From positions 1 to 53,360 of the forward strand of contig JABWAK010000005.1 in the NCBI GenBank assembly GCA_013361065.1: a DNA stretch of 53,360 nucleotides, given 5' to 3'. The position numbers were made by a program, and so were the translations under genes. Position 1 is the stretch's first letter, and each line of letters opens with the position of its first letter. This DNA comes from Bacteroidota bacterium. Its GTDB lineage: Bacteria; Bacteroidota; Ignavibacteria; UBA10030; UBA8401. Of the stretch, positions 19,938-29,402 are shown one piece after another. The notes beneath the pieces are model-generated. The model searched no databases, had not been told where the DNA came from, and saw only the letters and a program-made list of their open reading frames with translations.

Positions 19938-20498
19938 ATGCACATCATTCTTTTTGGACCTCCCGGCGTCGGTAAAGGAACACAGGCAAAGATCCTCTCC
20001 GAACGATTCCATATCCCCCACATCTCCACCGGCGACATGCTGCGCGAGGAGATCCGTCTGGAGACCGACCTCGGCAAGAAGGCCAAAGTACTGATGGATG
20101 CCGGCAATCTGGTGCCGGACGATATCATGATCGGGATGATCCGCGGTGTGCTCACCTCGCAGCGCTGCGTGAACGGCATCATCCTGGACGGATTCCCGCG
20201 TACGGTGGAACAGGCGACCGCCCTGGAAGGGATGATGAAGGAACTCCACATCACCGTGAAACGGGTGCTGTCGCTAGAAGTGACCGAAGAGCATATCATG
20301 GAACGGCTGCTGAAGCGCTCCGAGACCGAACACCGTGCGGACGATACCGCTGAGACGATCCTGAAGCGGATCGCCATCTATAAGAAGAGCACGGCACCGG
20401 TGAAGGACTATTTCATCTCCCGCGGCATGCTCTCCGCCATCAACGGCGAAGGTCCGGTCGCCGAGGTCTCTCAGCGGATGCTCGACGCGTTACAATAA
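19938..20498 (+). CDS. adk: Adenylate kinase (short LID form)
   Basis: GPPGVGKGTQA, HISTGDMLR, LVPD, ILDGFPRT, RADD. Confidence 0.96.
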   Translation: MHIILFGPPGVGKGTQAKILSERFHIPHISTGDMLREEIRLETDLGKKAKVLMDAGNLVPDDIMIGMIRGVLTSQRCVNGIILDGFPRTVEQATALEGMMKELHITVKRVLSLEVTEEHIMERLLKRSETEHRADDTAETILKRIAIYKKSTAPVKDYFISRGMLSAINGEGPVAEVSQRMLDALQ

Positions 20499-20510
20499 GA
20501 ACGTGAAGGA

Positions 20511-20545
20511 ATTGACTCATTGAATCAATGATCCATTGATTCAAT
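20511..20545. repeat. 8-bp tandem repeat containing a perfect 12-bp inverted repeat
   Basis: ATTGACTC ATTGAATC AATGATCC ATTGATTC AAT; ATTGAATCAATG-ATC-CATTGATTCAAT at 20519-20545. Confidence 0.65.
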
Positions 20546-20623
20546 ATGCAGCAAGAGAAGGCGTTTGGTACTTCTCTTCACGCTCACACATCGGTCCAAT
20601 GAACACATCGACCTCTTTCTTCC

Positions 20624-21385
20624 ATGGCCCAATCGACGCCGCTTATCATCGCACACCGCGGATTCTCGGATGAAGCCCCCGAGAACTCCATGGCGGCATT
20701 CCAGAAAGCGATCGAAGCGAAGAGCGATATGATCGAACTGGATGTGCGTCTCTCCGCGGACAACGTCCCGGTGGTCTTCCATGACCGCCGCCTCCAGCGC
20801 ACCTCCAACGGCAGCGGCGCCGTGAATCAGAAGCATTCCCGTCAGCTGACGATGATCGACAACGGTTCCTGGCTCTCTCCGAAGTTCAGCCGGGAACGGA
20901 TCCCCCTGCTGAAGGATGTCTTCCCCCTATTGAAGAAGGACCTCCGCCTGAACATCGAGATCAAACCGGATGTCGTGAGCACCGGCGACACGTCGGCCGT
21001 GGAACTGGTCGTAATGGAGGCCGAGAAAGCCAAAGTGCTGCCGAAGGTACTCTTCACCTCCTTCAATCATCAGATGATCCGCGAGATCTCCGAGATCGAT
21101 GATGCGATCGTCACCGGGGTGATCTACAATCCCATCACTCATTTCCGGAAATCACCCTCTACCCTCGTCAAGAACTCCCGCGCCCGAATCTTCGTCTGCT
21201 CGAAATTCCAGATCAATAACGATGTCGTCACCGATACACACGAAGCAGGATACACCCTGTACGTGTACGGCGTCCGCACCGGGCGGGATGTGCAGCGGAT
21301 GCTCGATCTCTCCGTGGACGGCATCATCTGCAACAATCCGCGGTTCGTCCGCGAGACCATCGAACTGCTGAATGCACAGAATTGA
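20624..21385 (+). CDS. Glycerophosphodiester phosphodiesterase (GDPD/UgpQ family)
   Basis: IIAHRG, PENSMAAF, IELDV, VFHD, NIEIK, VDGIICN. Confidence 0.92.
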   Translation: MAQSTPLIIAHRGFSDEAPENSMAAFQKAIEAKSDMIELDVRLSADNVPVVFHDRRLQRTSNGSGAVNQKHSRQLTMIDNGSWLSPKFSRERIPLLKDVFPLLKKDLRLNIEIKPDVVSTGDTSAVELVVMEAEKAKVLPKVLFTSFNHQMIREISEIDDAIVTGVIYNPITHFRKSPSTLVKNSRARIFVCSKFQINNDVVTDTHEAGYTLYVYGVRTGRDVQRMLDLSVDGIICNNPRFVRETIELLNAQN

Positions 21386-21436
21386 TCCCTCCGGCGGAGC
21401 GCCGATGCGGCCGCCGGGGACAGAGAACGGATCCGT

Positions 21437-23698
21437 ATGAATAAACTCCTCCTTGCCATCACCCTGCTGACGATGTCCGCAGCGGCGCAGGATACGGTCA
21501 GCTACCAGTGGCCGGTCACTCCTTTCAACACCTCACAGAGCATCACCGGGACGTTCTGCGAGTTCCGGAACACGCTCACCAGCAACCATTTCCACAACGG
21601 CGCCGATGTGCCGAAGGCGGATGGATCGCCGGTCTACTCCGTGATCGACGGGACCGTGACCGCCATCTCCCCGTCCAGTGAGTCCGGGACGAGTGCGTAT
21701 GTACGGGTGGCCGGCACCGTGAACGGAATTGCGAAGAACATGGCATACGTACACATCGAACCGAGCCCGTCGCTCGTAATTGGACAATCGGTGACCAAAG
21801 GCGTGACGGTCCTCGGAAACATCCTGAGCGGACAGGGACATACCCATCTGGTGGATGGTGCGTTCGATTCCGAGATGAATGCGCTGCGGAAGACGGGAGG
21901 ACTCGAACCATACATCGACACTTGGGCGCCGAAAGTGATCTCTGTGGAGTTCCATCAGGATAATTCGACCACCAAGTTCACCAACGGGAAGGTCTCGGGA
22001 CTCTTCGACATCGTCGCTCAACTGGTGGAAGTGAACGCCAACGCAGCGCCGAACAGCGGGTCCACTTCCAACAATGGTGTCTATCAGACAGGCTACAAGA
22101 TCCTGTCCGCGGACAAGAGCACGGTGGTCTACACACCCGCAGTGAACGGTGTCCGCTACAAGTTCGACCGGAAACCGAACGATGATCATTCCAACGTCGC
22201 GTACACCCTCACCTCCACGACATCGCTCCATATCTATTATCTGACGAACGGTGCAGGGAACATCGGGACCAGTGTGAAACAGAGCATCGTCAACGGCTCG
22301 CTGAATGCCGCCGCGCTCCCGGCCGGACCGTACCAGGCGATGGTCTATGCCATGGACACGCACGGGAATGCAGACACGGTCTATGTGCCGTTCGAGGTCT
22401 CCGCGCAGGATGTCGTCGCCCCGGCTGCACCGGTCCTCCGTTCCGTGTTGAACGATTCCACCAAGCGCATCACGCTCCGCTGGAAGGCGAACACCGAACC
22501 GGATCTGAAAGGGTACCGGCTCTATTCATCCGTGAACGGGACCACCTGGTCCCTGATGCGGAACGAGGACAGCCTGAAGCGGACGATGACATCGTACGCT
22601 TTCAACGGCATCACCTCGACCACACCGGTCTACTTCCGGCTGACGGCGGTCGATTCGGCAGCGGTGACGAACGAGAGCGGGCCGAGCGACTCCTACGGCG
22701 TTCGCCCGAACATCGCCGGGAACACGATCCTGGTCGTGGACGGGTTCGACAGGACCGGCGGCAGTTACAAACTATCCTCCCACCCGTTCGCCATGACGGC
22801 CGGACTCTCCATCCCTCACCGGTACGAAACGGCGCACAACAGTACGGTCACGGATGGTTCGGTGAAGCTGACCGATTATCATACGGTGATCTGGCTGTTC
22901 GGTGATGAGAGTTCCACGGATGAGACCTTCGGTGCGGCGGAACAGTCCGCAGCGGGGGCCTATCTGAAGGCCGGAGGACGGCTCTTTGTGAGCGGTTCGG
23001 AGGTCGCCTACGATCTGGACCGGGCATCCGGACCGTCGGTGTCCGACCGGGATTTCTTCAATAATTATCTGAAAGCCGATTATGCCGGTGATGCATCGGG
23101 AAGTTATACCGTGAACGGCACCGGTCTCCTGAACGGCATCTCTTTCTCGTACGGTGACACACTGCAGGGATCGCCCTACCGCGAGGATTACCCGGATTAC
23201 GTGACGGCGTTCGGCGGCAGCACCCTTGCGGCGAGTTATGCGAACGGACTTGGAGCGATGACGGTGTACAACGGTATGTTCACCGGAGGGACCTCTGCCG
23301 GTTCGGTGGTGCTGCTCTGTGTGCCGTTCGAGACCATCCACAGCAAGAGCAGCCGTGATGCGGTGATGACCCGGGTACTCGGATATTTCGGATATCCGGT
23401 GTCGGTCGCGGAGCGGATGGATGCCGTCATCCCTGCTGCGTTCTCGCTGGAACAGAATTTCCCGAACCCGTTCAATCCGGTCACTACCATCCGCTTCTCC
23501 CTGCCGCAGGACGGACCGGCCACACTCGCCATCTATGACATCCTCGGCAAGGAGGTCGCTGTTCCGGTCAGAGGAGAACTGCAGGCCGGCACGTACAGCG
23601 TACAGTGGAACGGCAGCGGCGCGGCATCCGGTCTGTACTTCTACCGGCTCACCGCCGGGGGGACCTCGATAACGAAGAAACTGATGCTGACCAAATAG
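21437..23698 (+). CDS. T9SS-secreted M23-family metallopeptidase with Fn3 domain
   Basis: Signal peptide; FHNGAD (HxxxD), YVH and HTH zinc motifs; Fn3 (LRWKAN...GYRLY...YFRLTAVD); C-terminal QNFPNPFNP...KKLMLTK. Confidence 0.8.
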   Translation: MNKLLLAITLLTMSAAAQDTVSYQWPVTPFNTSQSITGTFCEFRNTLTSNHFHNGADVPKADGSPVYSVIDGTVTAISPSSESGTSAYVRVAGTVNGIAKNMAYVHIEPSPSLVIGQSVTKGVTVLGNILSGQGHTHLVDGAFDSEMNALRKTGGLEPYIDTWAPKVISVEFHQDNSTTKFTNGKVSGLFDIVAQLVEVNANAAPNSGSTSNNGVYQTGYKILSADKSTVVYTPAVNGVRYKFDRKPNDDHSNVAYTLTSTTSLHIYYLTNGAGNIGTSVKQSIVNGSLNAAALPAGPYQAMVYAMDTHGNADTVYVPFEVSAQDVVAPAAPVLRSVLNDSTKRITLRWKANTEPDLKGYRLYSSVNGTTWSLMRNEDSLKRTMTSYAFNGITSTTPVYFRLTAVDSAAVTNESGPSDSYGVRPNIAGNTILVVDGFDRTGGSYKLSSHPFAMTAGLSIPHRYETAHNSTVTDGSVKLTDYHTVIWLFGDESSTDETFGAAEQSAAGAYLKAGGRLFVSGSEVAYDLDRASGPSVSDRDFFNNYLKADYAGDASGSYTVNGTGLLNGISFSYGDTLQGSPYREDYPDYVTAFGGSTLAASYANGLGAMTVYNGMFTGGTSAGSVVLLCVPFETIHSKSSRDAVMTRVLGYFGYPVSVAERMDAVIPAAFSLEQNFPNPFNPVTTIRFSLPQDGPATLAIYDILGKEVAVPVRGELQAGTYSVQWNGSGAASGLYFYRLTAGGTSITKKLMLTK

Positions 23699-23720
23699 CA
23701 GCAACATGCCAAGGGAATCT

Positions 23721-24683
23721 ATGAAACAGCTCCTTCTTCTTTGTCTCTCGTTCGTGCTGCCGCTCTCCGCCCAGTATGCGGTGGAGGTCAGCAACAGCGG
23801 CGGTGCACGCCATGCCGGTGAACAGAACCATTTCTCCGTCACCCTCACGCACAACGGAACACCAGTGCGTACGATCGAACGGGAGATCCCGTTCGACGTT
23901 CCCTTCCCGTCCGTGCGGCTCCACCCGGTGACCGGCACCCTCATCCTCTCCTACAGTTTCGACGGATTCGTGGAGGTCTACGACCGGACCGGCACGAAAC
24001 AATGGGAACGGAATTTCTTCAAAGAGCTTGGTCCCAATTACGAACGGACCATCACCATGGCGGTCGGAGAGCGGTCGCTCGCATTCCTGACATCGGACGT
24101 CCGGCTGCCGCATGCCATTGTGCACAAGATCTCGGTGAACGGTACGGAGGAATGGCAGCAGGAACTGCCGTACGGAATGGGATACGAGATCGCCATGTCC
24201 GCCGATGAACGGACCATCGGTGCAGGGAGTTATGCGGTGCAGGACGGGAAAGTCCGGCGTTCCGCACTGCTGCTGGACGGTGCCGGCGCAACAATAATGG
24301 AATCGGACATCCTCTTCCGCTCTGCTGCATTCTCGGAGGATGGTTCAATGCTGGCGATCGCTTCCACCGATGAACTCGCGGTGCTCTCTGTCGCAGCACA
24401 GAAGGAGATACAACGGTCCGCCTCAAAGACCGGCGGCGTCATCCACGGCATCACATGGCATCAGGGATCGATCGTGGTTCAGGAAGCAGCGGTCGTACAG
24501 AGTGCGGACGGCGTCATGCGGTTCACCGATCCATTCATCCTCCGCTTCACACCGGAACTGCAGGAACTGGAACGGAGGAGCATCCCGGGTCACTCCTACA
24601 AGAAAGCGCAGCTGATGAGTACGGGAACAACGGTGGAACAAACTGCTGACGCAGGCAAGGTCACGGTGATCGAATTCCGGTGA
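23721..24683 (+). CDS. Hypothetical exported protein, possibly beta-propeller
   Basis: Signal peptide MKQLLLL; beta-rich WD/PQQ-like segments; host-like codon usage. Confidence 0.65.
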   Translation: MKQLLLLCLSFVLPLSAQYAVEVSNSGGARHAGEQNHFSVTLTHNGTPVRTIEREIPFDVPFPSVRLHPVTGTLILSYSFDGFVEVYDRTGTKQWERNFFKELGPNYERTITMAVGERSLAFLTSDVRLPHAIVHKISVNGTEEWQQELPYGMGYEIAMSADERTIGAGSYAVQDGKVRRSALLLDGAGATIMESDILFRSAAFSEDGSMLAIASTDELAVLSVAAQKEIQRSASKTGGVIHGITWHQGSIVVQEAAVVQSADGVMRFTDPFILRFTPELQELERRSIPGHSYKKAQLMSTGTTVEQTADAGKVTVIEFR

Positions 24684-24713
24684 TGCTGCTGAGGGACGGA
24701 GGGGATGGTGTGA

Positions 24714-25088
24714 TCAGGTGTTGCGTTCGATGACGACGAAGGCAACCACCGTGGTATCGGAATGTGACATTGTCAGAAAGACAGAATGCCCTTTCAGCGT
24801 CTCGGCGGTCCTGCCGTAGAGCACCAGATCCGGCCTGCCGGTCGGGTCATTCCTCACCTCGATATTCTTCCATTCGAACTCACCGCTCCACCCGGTCGAT
24901 ACCGCTTTGCTGAATGCCTCTTTCGCGGCGAACCGAGCAGCGAAGTGCTGCGTGGGGAACTGCTTGGATTTGCAGTACTGGATCTCGGTGAAGGTAAAGA
25001 GCTTGTTCAGGAATGCGTCACCGTACTGAGCGATGGAGCGCTCGATGCGGGAGATCTCGATGATATCTGTGCCGATGCCGGTGATCAT
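24714..25088 (-). CDS. acpS: Holo-ACP synthase
   Basis: GIGTDIIEI, FAARFAAKEAFSKA, SHS. Confidence 0.96.
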   Translation of the reverse strand: MITGIGTDIIEISRIERSIAQYGDAFLNKLFTFTEIQYCKSKQFPTQHFAARFAAKEAFSKAVSTGWSGEFEWKNIEVRNDPTGRPDLVLYGRTAETLKGHSVFLTMSHSDTTVVAFVVIERNT

Positions 25089-25111
25089 TCTTGGAAGAGA
25101 TAGAACAGCTG

Positions 25112-25198
25112 TTAGGTACTAGGTATTAGGTACTAGCTATGAAAAAGATTTACGCTGAACGCTGAGAGCTGAGAGCTGACAGCTGATAACTGACCGCT
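25112..25198. repeat. Two adjacent heptamer tandem arrays of different sequence
   Basis: TTAGGTA CTAGGTA TTAGGTA CTAGCTA (25112-25139), then ACGCTGA ACGCTGA GAGCTGA GAGCTGA CAGCTGA TAACTGA (25152-25193). Confidence 0.8.
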
Positions 25199-25201
25199 TC
25201 T

Positions 25202-25882
25202 TTACTGATTGTGCTTTTTGACGATCTCCAGCAACTCTGCAATATCGTTCACTTCATAATCCGCGTTCGTTTCGACCGTTCCGAAGGTGTCGCCGTAGCG
25301 GGCGAAGACGGTCTTCATCCCGACCTGTGCCGCGCCGACCATGTCCCGTTCCGCCCAATCGCCGATCATCAGTGCTTCGTGTGCCGGCACCTGCAGCAGT
25401 CCCAGGATCCGCTCGAACGGCGCCGGGTCCGGTTTCCGTTTCCCGGTATCCTCGAACGTGACGATGTGATCGAAGATGTGGTGCAGATTCAGATAGGTCA
25501 ACCGAAGCCATGCTTCCTTCGCCGGCGCATCGGAGACGACGCCGAGTTTCAATCCCATCTTCAGCAGCTGCATGAGCGTCGTATAGACATGCGGATAGGG
25601 TGTGAGCGCCGCTTCCCGCGCCTGCCGGTACGCGATCACGCCGGCGGAGAGGATCTTGTAGTCCACCTTCCGGAACTCATCATAGAGCAGCTGGTCGAAC
25701 ACATTCTGGAATTCCATCCCCCGTTCCTGGTAGATGGTGTCGATCCGCTGCTGGATCTCCTCGCGGGTCAGTTTCAGTCCCGAATCGATCATGGCATTGA
25801 TCGCCGCACCGATCGCCTGGCGTTTCATCGCCATGAAATCGACGAGCGTATTGTCCAGATCGAACACGACCGCTTTGATCAT
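25202..25882 (-). CDS. HAD-superfamily hydrolase, subfamily IA
   Basis: FDLDNTL, VVSD, KPDP, IGDWAERD. Confidence 0.9.
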   Translation of the reverse strand: MIKAVVFDLDNTLVDFMAMKRQAIGAAINAMIDSGLKLTREEIQQRIDTIYQERGMEFQNVFDQLLYDEFRKVDYKILSAGVIAYRQAREAALTPYPHVYTTLMQLLKMGLKLGVVSDAPAKEAWLRLTYLNLHHIFDHIVTFEDTGKRKPDPAPFERILGLLQVPAHEALMIGDWAERDMVGAAQVGMKTVFARYGDTFGTVETNADYEVNDIAELLEIVKKHNQ

Positions 25883-26328
25883 ACGGTACTCTTTCCCTGG
25901 GAACTCTTATGATAGAGGAGCATCTCCACGGCGAGCGAATATCCGTTGGAGCCGAAACCGGAAAGCTGCGCCACACAGGCCGGCGCGGTGACGGAATGAC
26001 GGCGGAACTCCTCCCGGAGATGGATATTGGAGATGTGGACCTCCACCACCGGGATCATCAGCATGGCGAGCGCATCCCGGATGGCGTAGGAATAATGGGT
26101 GAAGGCGGCACCGTTGATCACCACCCCCTGGAAATCCTTGCCGATGGTCGACTGAATGGCATCGACGATCGCCCCTTCGTGATTGGACTGGAAGAAGGTG
26201 AAGTGTGCCTCCGGGTACCGTCCCATCAGTTCATGTTCGATGTCCGCCAGCGTCTGCGAGCCGTAGATATGCGGCTCCCGCGTGCCGAGCAGGTTCAGGT
26301 TGGGTCCGTTGATGACAAGGATGTTCAT
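25879..26328 (-). CDS. aroQ: Type II 3-dehydroquinate dehydratase
   Basis: INGPNLNLLGTREPHIYG, QSNHEG, THYSYAIRDA, EVHISNIHLREEFR. Confidence 0.97.
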   Translation of the reverse strand: MNILVINGPNLNLLGTREPHIYGSQTLADIEHELMGRYPEAHFTFFQSNHEGAIVDAIQSTIGKDFQGVVINGAAFTHYSYAIRDALAMLMIPVVEVHISNIHLREEFRRHSVTAPACVAQLSGFGSNGYSLAVEMLLYHKSSQGKSTV

Positions 26329-26347
26329 AGGGTCGTCCTGTGTCCCG

Positions 26348-26608
26348 TCAGCGCACGCGCACCATCTCGTCCTCGATGAACATCCGGACGTTCGGTTTCA
26401 CGAAGAGATTGTCAATGCCGATCTCGCCGAGCGCGAGCGCGATCACCACCGATTTGCGCGACGGGTGGAGCTTCTTGTTGACGACGATGATATGCTGGTC
26501 CTTCAGGATGCAGTATCCTCCGTCGAAATCCCCTTTTTCATACCGGATCCTCATCCCCATCTCGGCGGCGAGTTCTTCGAGGTCCGGCAGGTAATCTTCT
26601 GCGTTCAT
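26348..26608 (-). CDS. Small hypothetical protein (distant ImmA/IrrE-like N-terminal pattern, no HExxH)
   Basis: 86 aa, host codon usage, tightly spaced in the operon; IRYEKGDFDGGYC...IVVNKKL. Confidence 0.65.
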   Translation of the reverse strand: MNAEDYLPDLEELAAEMGMRIRYEKGDFDGGYCILKDQHIIVVNKKLHPSRKSVVIALALGEIGIDNLFVKPNVRMFIEDEMVRVR

Positions 26609-26611
26609 GGT

Positions 26612-29365
26612 CTATTTGATCAAGGTCATCCGTTTCGTGTCTGTGTGCTGTCCGACAGTCAATGTATAAAAATAAACGCCGCTATTCAATTGTCCGGCAT
26701 GGAAAGTCCGTTGGTACTGTCCGGGAGCAAGGTCCTGATCGACAAGAGTCGCCACTTCCCTTCCCAGGATATCGTTGATGCGAAGGACAACATGCTCCTT
26801 TGCGGGGACAGAGAATTCGATCGTTGTGGCAGGATTGAATGGATTCGGGAAGTTCTGCTCAAGTGAAAAATCATGCACTGAAGATGTTCGTCGATCAACC
26901 GAAACTAACACGGGTTTCGCGGGCACACCGGTGCGAGCGGCATTTTGCCGGTATGTTGGCCACGGCATCCTGCTTGGATTGAAGGAGCCCGGACCAAAAT
27001 CCAGGGCAATGATCTTAATGCCATACTGAAAGAGTACCGGAATATATGCATTCAATGATCCATTATTGTCCGGATCGGCAAAATGCGGATAGATATTAGT
27101 CATAGGACCGATGAATGTTGTCAAGTCTTGTCGATAATTCCCAAACCGGTCTATAACATACATAAACCCATTCGAATTGAAGAGGACCACTTCATTGTTC
27201 CAATCCCCGTCGATACTCAAGATATACTGCATGAGCATAAAACTGTTGGATTCGTTCATGAAGATATTTCCGTTATCACTTGTTATGGTCACGAACCCAT
27301 CCCTGATCTCCACCGGCCAACCGTTGATGTACTTCCCATGTCGATCGATGCAATGAACGAACGACCGCTGTTTATCTACAGTTAATGCTGAGACCGTTGA
27401 GGTGAAGATGATATCAAGAAATCCGTCATTATCGAGGTCAGCAATGGCAGGCAACTGCTTCAGGACGGACGAAGGGATATTGACAGGGAAACCGGGACGT
27501 AATGTACCCGCTGTTGTAAAACAGTAGAGGGTATTTCGGCAGACAACGATGATCTCGCTGCCCCCGTCATTGTCCAGGTCAGCAGATAATGGAGGGGCAA
27601 CGATGACATCCGAAAGAATGATGGGAAATCCGCTCACTCCCAATCCATTCACATTGAATGCATAAAGCGTATTGTCCTCTACGACACTGATCAACAGTTC
27701 CTTGCCGGGTTGAGCATCCAACTCTATGAGACCGGGCGGATGGAGACCTTTCGTGGATGTAGTAGGGATTGTCAATTTCCTCACCAGACGGCCATCGTTG
27801 GAGATGATCACCACCGATTTCCCATCGACACTGACGATCTCCGGTACCCCGTCCGCGTTGATATCGTCGACCATCGGATGCTTTCCGAACACACCCAAAG
27901 TATCCATAAAAAGCGGCGTGCCGGCGGAATTATAAACGGACGGAGAGATCACTTCGAGACTCCCGTTGCCGTCCATATCGGATAGTGCAACATACCCAGG
28001 CGACTTGATACTGCTCCATGCAGGATTCACGCTGTCGCCGTTTATGGTGAGCTTCCATCGCGGACCGGCGACGATCGTTGCGCCGGTACCATCGTCAGGA
28101 TGTGATGCCATCGACCCCTCATAACTTACCCCAATCGTACTGGGATAACCCTTTACCCATTGTTGTTCTCCAACTCTAGGTTTTCCTCCAACGATCTTTG
28201 TCGACGGATTCCAGCTGTGGGCCAGGACCATGGTATCAACAACCGCCTCGATACCAACCATCCCACGTGTTGACGGTACCATGTCCGGCAGCATGCCAAT
28301 GCGTACGGAACGAAGACTGGCATCAGCAATTGTCGGACCAGCGATCGACCATGTTTTACCGCTGTCCGTGGAGATAATCGGACGGAAATGATAGGGCAAT
28401 GATAGACGTGGTGCTGCGGTCCATTTGATGTTAATGGAATCGGACATCATATACGAATAGTATTCCAATATTCCATTGAAATTATGTGGATACAAATCCA
28501 CAACTTCGAGACCGATATTAGCAATATCGATCCGTTGAGTGAGTCCAATTTTCTTACCGGTGACAACAGGTTCAACAGCAACCGTAATGGAACCATCGGG
28601 TATATAAGTCGTATTCCATTCATACTTCCCATCATTTAATTCCTGATCTGAAATAACGGTAAAGCTGGATGCCCAGACGGATTTCCAAGAAATCCGGACA
28701 AATGCATTAGCGGGGTGCTGCTGAGTCGTCCAAGAAATAGAACACTTACTGCTGCTGTTCGTGAACGTTTGCGGTTGAACTGACAATGAAGAAACCGCAA
28801 CCTGTGTTGGATCGAGCATTGTATAGACTTCAAGTTCCCCAATAACCGTACTAGCGTTTTGGTGCATTGAAAGGATCTGGATCTTAATAAACTTCCATCG
28901 CTGTGTGGAATTGATGGGAAGAGTGTAAAAACCATATAGCGAATCATTGTTGAATGCGGTCTGCAGCGATGTCCATTCTTGTCCATCCTTCGAAGCCAGC
29001 ACTTCAAATCCACGAAGACGTATGCTTGCCGATGGATAGTTAAATATATTTCGGATCACGATCGATGAGATCATCAAGGATTCAGCCATTTCAATTCCAA
29101 AACTTGAACCGATATTCGAGATCGGAGCGGCACGGAATTCTACAACGGTACCAAATGATCGATCGATAAAATTGTTCGGGTCAATTTTCTTAGGATCAGG
29201 AAAATTCGAATTGGAAGCCAATGGCGGCATCGATCCCACATATGAAACAAACGGACGGCTATACGGTGCGATGTTCAACGAATCAGCGTGTAAAAGGGGA
29301 AAGAGTGTTGCAAGGAGGAAGGAAAGAAGAAGGAGGCGCTGTTGCATATGCATGGTTCCAATCAA
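26612..29365 (-). CDS. T9SS-secreted FG-GAP/VCBS-repeat protein with discoidin-like and Ig-like N-terminal domains
   Basis: Signal peptide; repeats DMDGNG, DINADG, DLDNDG (x2), GFPV/GWPV; WPTYRQNAARTG; QNFPNPFNP tail. Confidence 0.8.
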   Translation of the reverse strand: MIGTMHMQQRLLLLSFLLATLFPLLHADSLNIAPYSRPFVSYVGSMPPLASNSNFPDPKKIDPNNFIDRSFGTVVEFRAAPISNIGSSFGIEMAESLMISSIVIRNIFNYPSASIRLRGFEVLASKDGQEWTSLQTAFNNDSLYGFYTLPINSTQRWKFIKIQILSMHQNASTVIGELEVYTMLDPTQVAVSSLSVQPQTFTNSSSKCSISWTTQQHPANAFVRISWKSVWASSFTVISDQELNDGKYEWNTTYIPDGSITVAVEPVVTGKKIGLTQRIDIANIGLEVVDLYPHNFNGILEYYSYMMSDSINIKWTAAPRLSLPYHFRPIISTDSGKTWSIAGPTIADASLRSVRIGMLPDMVPSTRGMVGIEAVVDTMVLAHSWNPSTKIVGGKPRVGEQQWVKGYPSTIGVSYEGSMASHPDDGTGATIVAGPRWKLTINGDSVNPAWSSIKSPGYVALSDMDGNGSLEVISPSVYNSAGTPLFMDTLGVFGKHPMVDDINADGVPEIVSVDGKSVVIISNDGRLVRKLTIPTTSTKGLHPPGLIELDAQPGKELLISVVEDNTLYAFNVNGLGVSGFPIILSDVIVAPPLSADLDNDGGSEIIVVCRNTLYCFTTAGTLRPGFPVNIPSSVLKQLPAIADLDNDGFLDIIFTSTVSALTVDKQRSFVHCIDRHGKYINGWPVEIRDGFVTITSDNGNIFMNESNSFMLMQYILSIDGDWNNEVVLFNSNGFMYVIDRFGNYRQDLTTFIGPMTNIYPHFADPDNNGSLNAYIPVLFQYGIKIIALDFGPGSFNPSRMPWPTYRQNAARTGVPAKPVLVSVDRRTSSVHDFSLEQNFPNPFNPATTIEFSVPAKEHVVLRINDILGREVATLVDQDLAPGQYQRTFHAGQLNSGVYFYTLTVGQHTDTKRMTLIK

Positions 29366-29402
29366 TTACCATCGTACCAAGCGAGTCAATGGCATCCGCA
29401 GA

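Noticed and set aside
19854-25198. Short repeat arrays as CRISPR or DGR components
   Set aside because: No repeat-spacer structure, cas genes, reverse transcriptase or TR/VR pair seen in the window.
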